Origin: Zootoca vivipara | Lineage: Eukaryota | Direction: 5' to 3' | DNA: 64,000 nucleotides | Assembly (NCBI RefSeq): GCF_963506605.1 | Contig: NC_083276.1 | Coordinates: forward strand, 85,498,001-85,562,000 | Shown here: positions 60,701 through 64,000 of the stretch, piece by piece | Numbering within the stretch: the stretch's first letter is position 1 | Layout: each line of letters opens with the position of its first letter | Translations under genes and position numbers: made by a program | The notes under the pieces: generated by a model | Database searches by the model: none | What the model was told of the DNA's origin: nothing | Seen by the model: the letters and a program-made list of their open reading frames with translations, nothing else

Positions 60701-61697
60701 GACATCCTGTCTTGTAGCAGAAGAGAGAGCTTTGATATTTGCATCCTAGGCAATTCTTTTAAAGTGCCGATGATTCTTGTTGCTGGCAATTTTGCAAGTT
60801 ACTATAGGGAAATATTTAAGGAGCAAAGCCTGGGGAAGACAGATGGGGCGACATCGATATATTAATTCCTGTGGGATCTTTGCCACTCAGACTGAGAATC
60901 AAGCCTGTTTGGTTTATGCATTTTCTGCCCTTCATTTTGGTCTCTATCCTTTTTAGCCCCCAGATACCACTGAACATGAACAAGTAGCCATCTCAGAAAA
61001 TGTTCTGGATACTGACAAGGAACTGAAGCCATCAGTAGGCTCAGAACATACCCAAGGAACTGCAGAGGCTGCTGTTCCAGTGAGGAATGAACCCGAAAAA
61101 CCAGAGAGACCTTCTGTCCCTTTGCATTTCCATAGCAAGAGAGAGAGGACTCGTGAGGAGAAACCATCTATACAAGGCCCTGGCTGGCAGCTGCGCTACA
61201 AGTCACTGGAGACACCAGCAGAAACTCATTGTCTTCTCACTGTTGAGGGAAAATCGAGAACCTTCAGTAGAAGACCCAACTGGAGAAAGGAGAGGGGACA
61301 GCGAAGCTGTGGGAGGTACAATCAAGACTTCTCAAAATCTTGCAGCAGAGACCAAGTGTCTTCATTGGTGGAGAAAAAAGAGCTGTGCACCAGAGGAATC
61401 TCACCAACCAAAGAGGGAATGTATTTGAGAGAGGAGAAAAATATTGTGGGGAAATGGACGCAGGAACAGAAAAGTCAAGCCCATGACAGCGAGGAAGTAA
61501 ACTTGGAGGTTAGCCATAATGAGCTCAGGGGGTCGGCCAAGTGGCAGGGTCGCCGTGGGATGCAGGATTGCAGGCAGTGGGAAAAGACCAAGGGCAGAGA
61601 ACATGGATCTTATATTAAAGTGTCAAGAGGCCGAGGACACACCACATTGAACTCAAGGAGAGAGCCGCAGAGCCAAGAGACTGAGGATGGCTCCTAG
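54632..61697 (+). CDS. RNF25: E3 ubiquitin ligase RNF25 (RWD + RING-H2), 514 aa; exons 54632-54681, 56390-56464, 57031-57133, 57227-57294, 58009-58078, 58180-58251, 58661-58801, 59704-59793, 60481-60615, 60957-61697
   Basis: RWD domain: LPSEVEVLESIYLDEL and YPNEVP. RING-H2: CVIC..CYHYFHSRC..CPVC. Also GGIIDPEAERNRYFISLQ. The spliced ORF is 1545 nt with canonical junctions, and the gene is head-to-head with STK36 as in human. Confidence 0.95.
55598..55847 (-). mobile_element. Sauria SINE, 5'-truncated
   Basis: Homologous to the other copies. Confidence 0.87.
56600..56735. mobile_element. 136-bp hAT MITE, same family, opposite orientation to 1693-1828
   Basis: TIR CAGGCATCYCCAAACT and a perfect TSD GACTACAG (56592-56599 / 56736-56743). 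Confidence 0.9.
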
Positions 61698-61907
61698 CAG
61701 GCAGGAGTTGAGGCTTGAGGGGCTTTTTCTAGGGGTAAACACTGATGATTTTGTTGTGCTGTCAACCATTGGCCTTGATTGTAAGGAAAAGCAGATCTGT
61801 CTTGAAATTCTCCTCTGGGCCATGGGCAGTTTATGTCTAGCAAAGTAGGGGTATATTGTCCTCAGAGATCAGAATTACTGTCTGTGGACTGTAGTAATTA
61901 ACTGAAT

Positions 61908-62070
61908 AATAAATGGTAGCCAAATGCTATTGCCCATCGGTAAACTGTAGGATCTTACAGTGAATCAGCACTGTGTAGAGGACTGTTTGAGGCTGAATCA
62001 CTGAACTAAAAGCCAAGCTTGAAAAATAACTATTAAGTAACCCTGTTTTAAAATAGGTGCTAAAAATAAA
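61908..62070 (+). terminator. Candidate RNF25 polyadenylation signals
   Basis: AATAAA at 61908-61913 and 62065-62070. Confidence 0.5.
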
Positions 62071-63935
62071 AGGGAGTACAGGTCTCTTTGTTTACTGTCC
62101 AGAAGTATGGAGAGGACTTGTCAAATAGTGTCACTATTTTTAGACATGCCTTGTTGATGGCATTGGCATATGTGAAAAGAGTGGACTTGAATCAATACTG
62201 ACTTGGTGGCTGTTGACCACAGAGGGTTCTTTAAGCCCCACAACTGTGGCCAGACTGAAAGTTGGGGTCTCCCACTGCCTCATTGTAATTGGCTAATGTT
62301 CAGTAGTGATTGACCTTGAACTGCAAAAATCAAACATTTCTATTCTAAAGGGCCTTTAAATTATAAGAAGTCCAACTCCTTAGTCACCTGGTAGTTGGAT
62401 TTGGAGATAGTATTGACGTCAGAGGCTTCAGCTTCTGGTACAGCAAGGCTCTTGTGTTTGCCTATTTTCACAAATGTGATATCCTGCAATGGTCTACTAA
62501 CTGCAATTCTGCCCAGGGTTCACGTGACTTATGTTTTGGATCTTGTCATCTTTGATTAGAGCCAATTTTGGCTTTTGTTGGGGTGAGATGTCTCTCATGC
62601 TCAACTGTCTTTCCCTTCCTAACTTTATGGCTGTGTGTATGTGCATTCACCCACACACCATTCATGAACAGCTCCACTCTCCATTTGGAAGGGTAATACC
62701 AATGTACCTACCTATTTTTAGGCTACACAGTCCCTGTCATCTCCCTCAGCAAAATGCAGCCTTGTCTTCATGGGTATTTCTGCTCAGAGGAGGAGTCTGT
62801 AGCAATATGGAGTACATGTGGCCACTATGCAAACATTTTGAGCAGACTTTCCTCCGCTTATATTTCTATTTTGTCACATATTTATGGCCTTCCTCTCCCC
62901 ACAACAATTTTTACCCTAGCCTAGGATGTGTGAAAGTTCCCAAGCTGCTTAAATTCCTTATATGTCTGCAAAATGTCCCCCACCCCTCCCCCACTGAAGC
63001 TTTGTCAGACTTCATAATTTTCCTTTTCTGCTTAGCCACAGTAACATTGTGTGTTAACTTTACATTGTGTGATAACTTTACACAGTTGCCAAAATGAGCT
63101 TACAATAGAAGTGTGACTGATTTTAAATCAGTTCATGCTAGAGGCTAAATGATGTCATTTGTCATAGCACATGGATGCATGCACATAAACCAGTTTGAGC
63201 AGTTCTGCCTATTAAAAAGGATTGATGTGAGATTGATTTACCTCCCTGCACTGTGGTGAGGTGTAATTTGTGGTGATGTGATGCAAAACAGGAGTATTAA
63301 AAGCAATTTGTTTGAGTAAACCAATCTATGACTCTCTTTCATGGATAAAGAACATAGCTGCTGCTGTGCTGCGTGTGATGAGACCATTCAACAGTATTGC
63401 CTCCCTGCAGATGGTTTCTAACCTATGACCCAAGTAGTTTATGACCTCTTAGCTAAAATGAGGTACCTTTTGATTATAAATGAAAAACAATCGGGTTCTA
63501 ATCTAGACATCTCTCTGTTGGATTCATATTTTCTTTTTCTTTTCTTTTTTGTAAACTATTCTTCTAAGGAGAAAGGCTGCTTCATTTTGCACCAGTTGAA
63601 ACTTCTGAGCAAAAATGAATGGTAGCCTACATAGAATATAAAACATGGGTAACACAGTATCTAGATCCTGATTGGCTTTTCTGGACAGGGTTATAATATA
63701 GACATAGGTCCAGGTCCAGAAATACCTAAAAGCTATACATCTTGAGGACTGGGGAAGTTAAACACCTCCTGTTATAGGTGCTTATGTTTCTTTTATCCAG
63801 TCCCTGAGCATGGCCAGCCACACCCCATCAGCACAGAAACTACAGGATCTGGTCCAGATTGGGGTGGGGGTAGGGACCTGATTGTTCTCAACTTCCTTAT
63901 ATTGCTGGTTTCAGGCATCTGCAAATTGTCTCCCA

Positions 63936-64000
63936 GTTGTTGTTGTTTAGTCGTTTAGTCGTGTCCGACTCTTCGTGACCCCATGGACCATAGCACGCCA
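63936..64000 (-). mobile_element. Bov-B (RTE) LINE 3' end, continuing off the right edge
   Basis: The minus strand reads GGGGTCACGAAGAGTCGGACACGACTAAACGACTAAACAACAACAAC, the remembered Bov-B terminus. Confidence 0.8.

Noticed and set aside
62531-63097. 188-aa ORF downstream of RNF25
   Set aside because: No recognisable homology and a composition typical of non-coding DNA. No BCS1L exons (the expected neighbour) were seen either.

Overview
Vertebrate genomic DNA, almost certainly a squamate and probably a lacertid lizard (inferred from Sauria/Squam SINEs and a Bov-B tail). The window holds four multi-exon genes in two head-to-head pairs: CNPPD1 (minus, first two coding exons only) with RETREG2/FAM134A (plus, 9 coding exons, 554 aa), and STK36/Fused (minus, 26 coding exons, 1317 aa) with RNF25 (plus, 10 exons, 514 aa). 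RETREG2 and STK36 meet tail-to-tail, unlike the human 2q35 order as I recall it. All coding exons were traced by hand with GT-AG junctions and consistent phase. The accessory content is the most interesting part. (1) A full-length, ORF-intact 6.2-kb L1-clade LINE with a perfect 20-bp target-site duplication (TSD) sits antisense in an STK36 intron, about 80 nt from a splice acceptor. (2) A 140-bp near-perfect foldback in another STK36 intron has a hammerhead-ribozyme-like core in its loop and looks Penelope-derived. (3) A second inverted Penelope-like remnant carries two decayed hammerheads. (4) There are several young hAT MITEs with 8-bp TSDs, one of them a CpG/NRF1-rich mini-island. (5) A canonical RFX X-box lies in the STK36/RNF25 bidirectional promoter. 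Gene and repeat names rest on remembered sequences; no database search was run.
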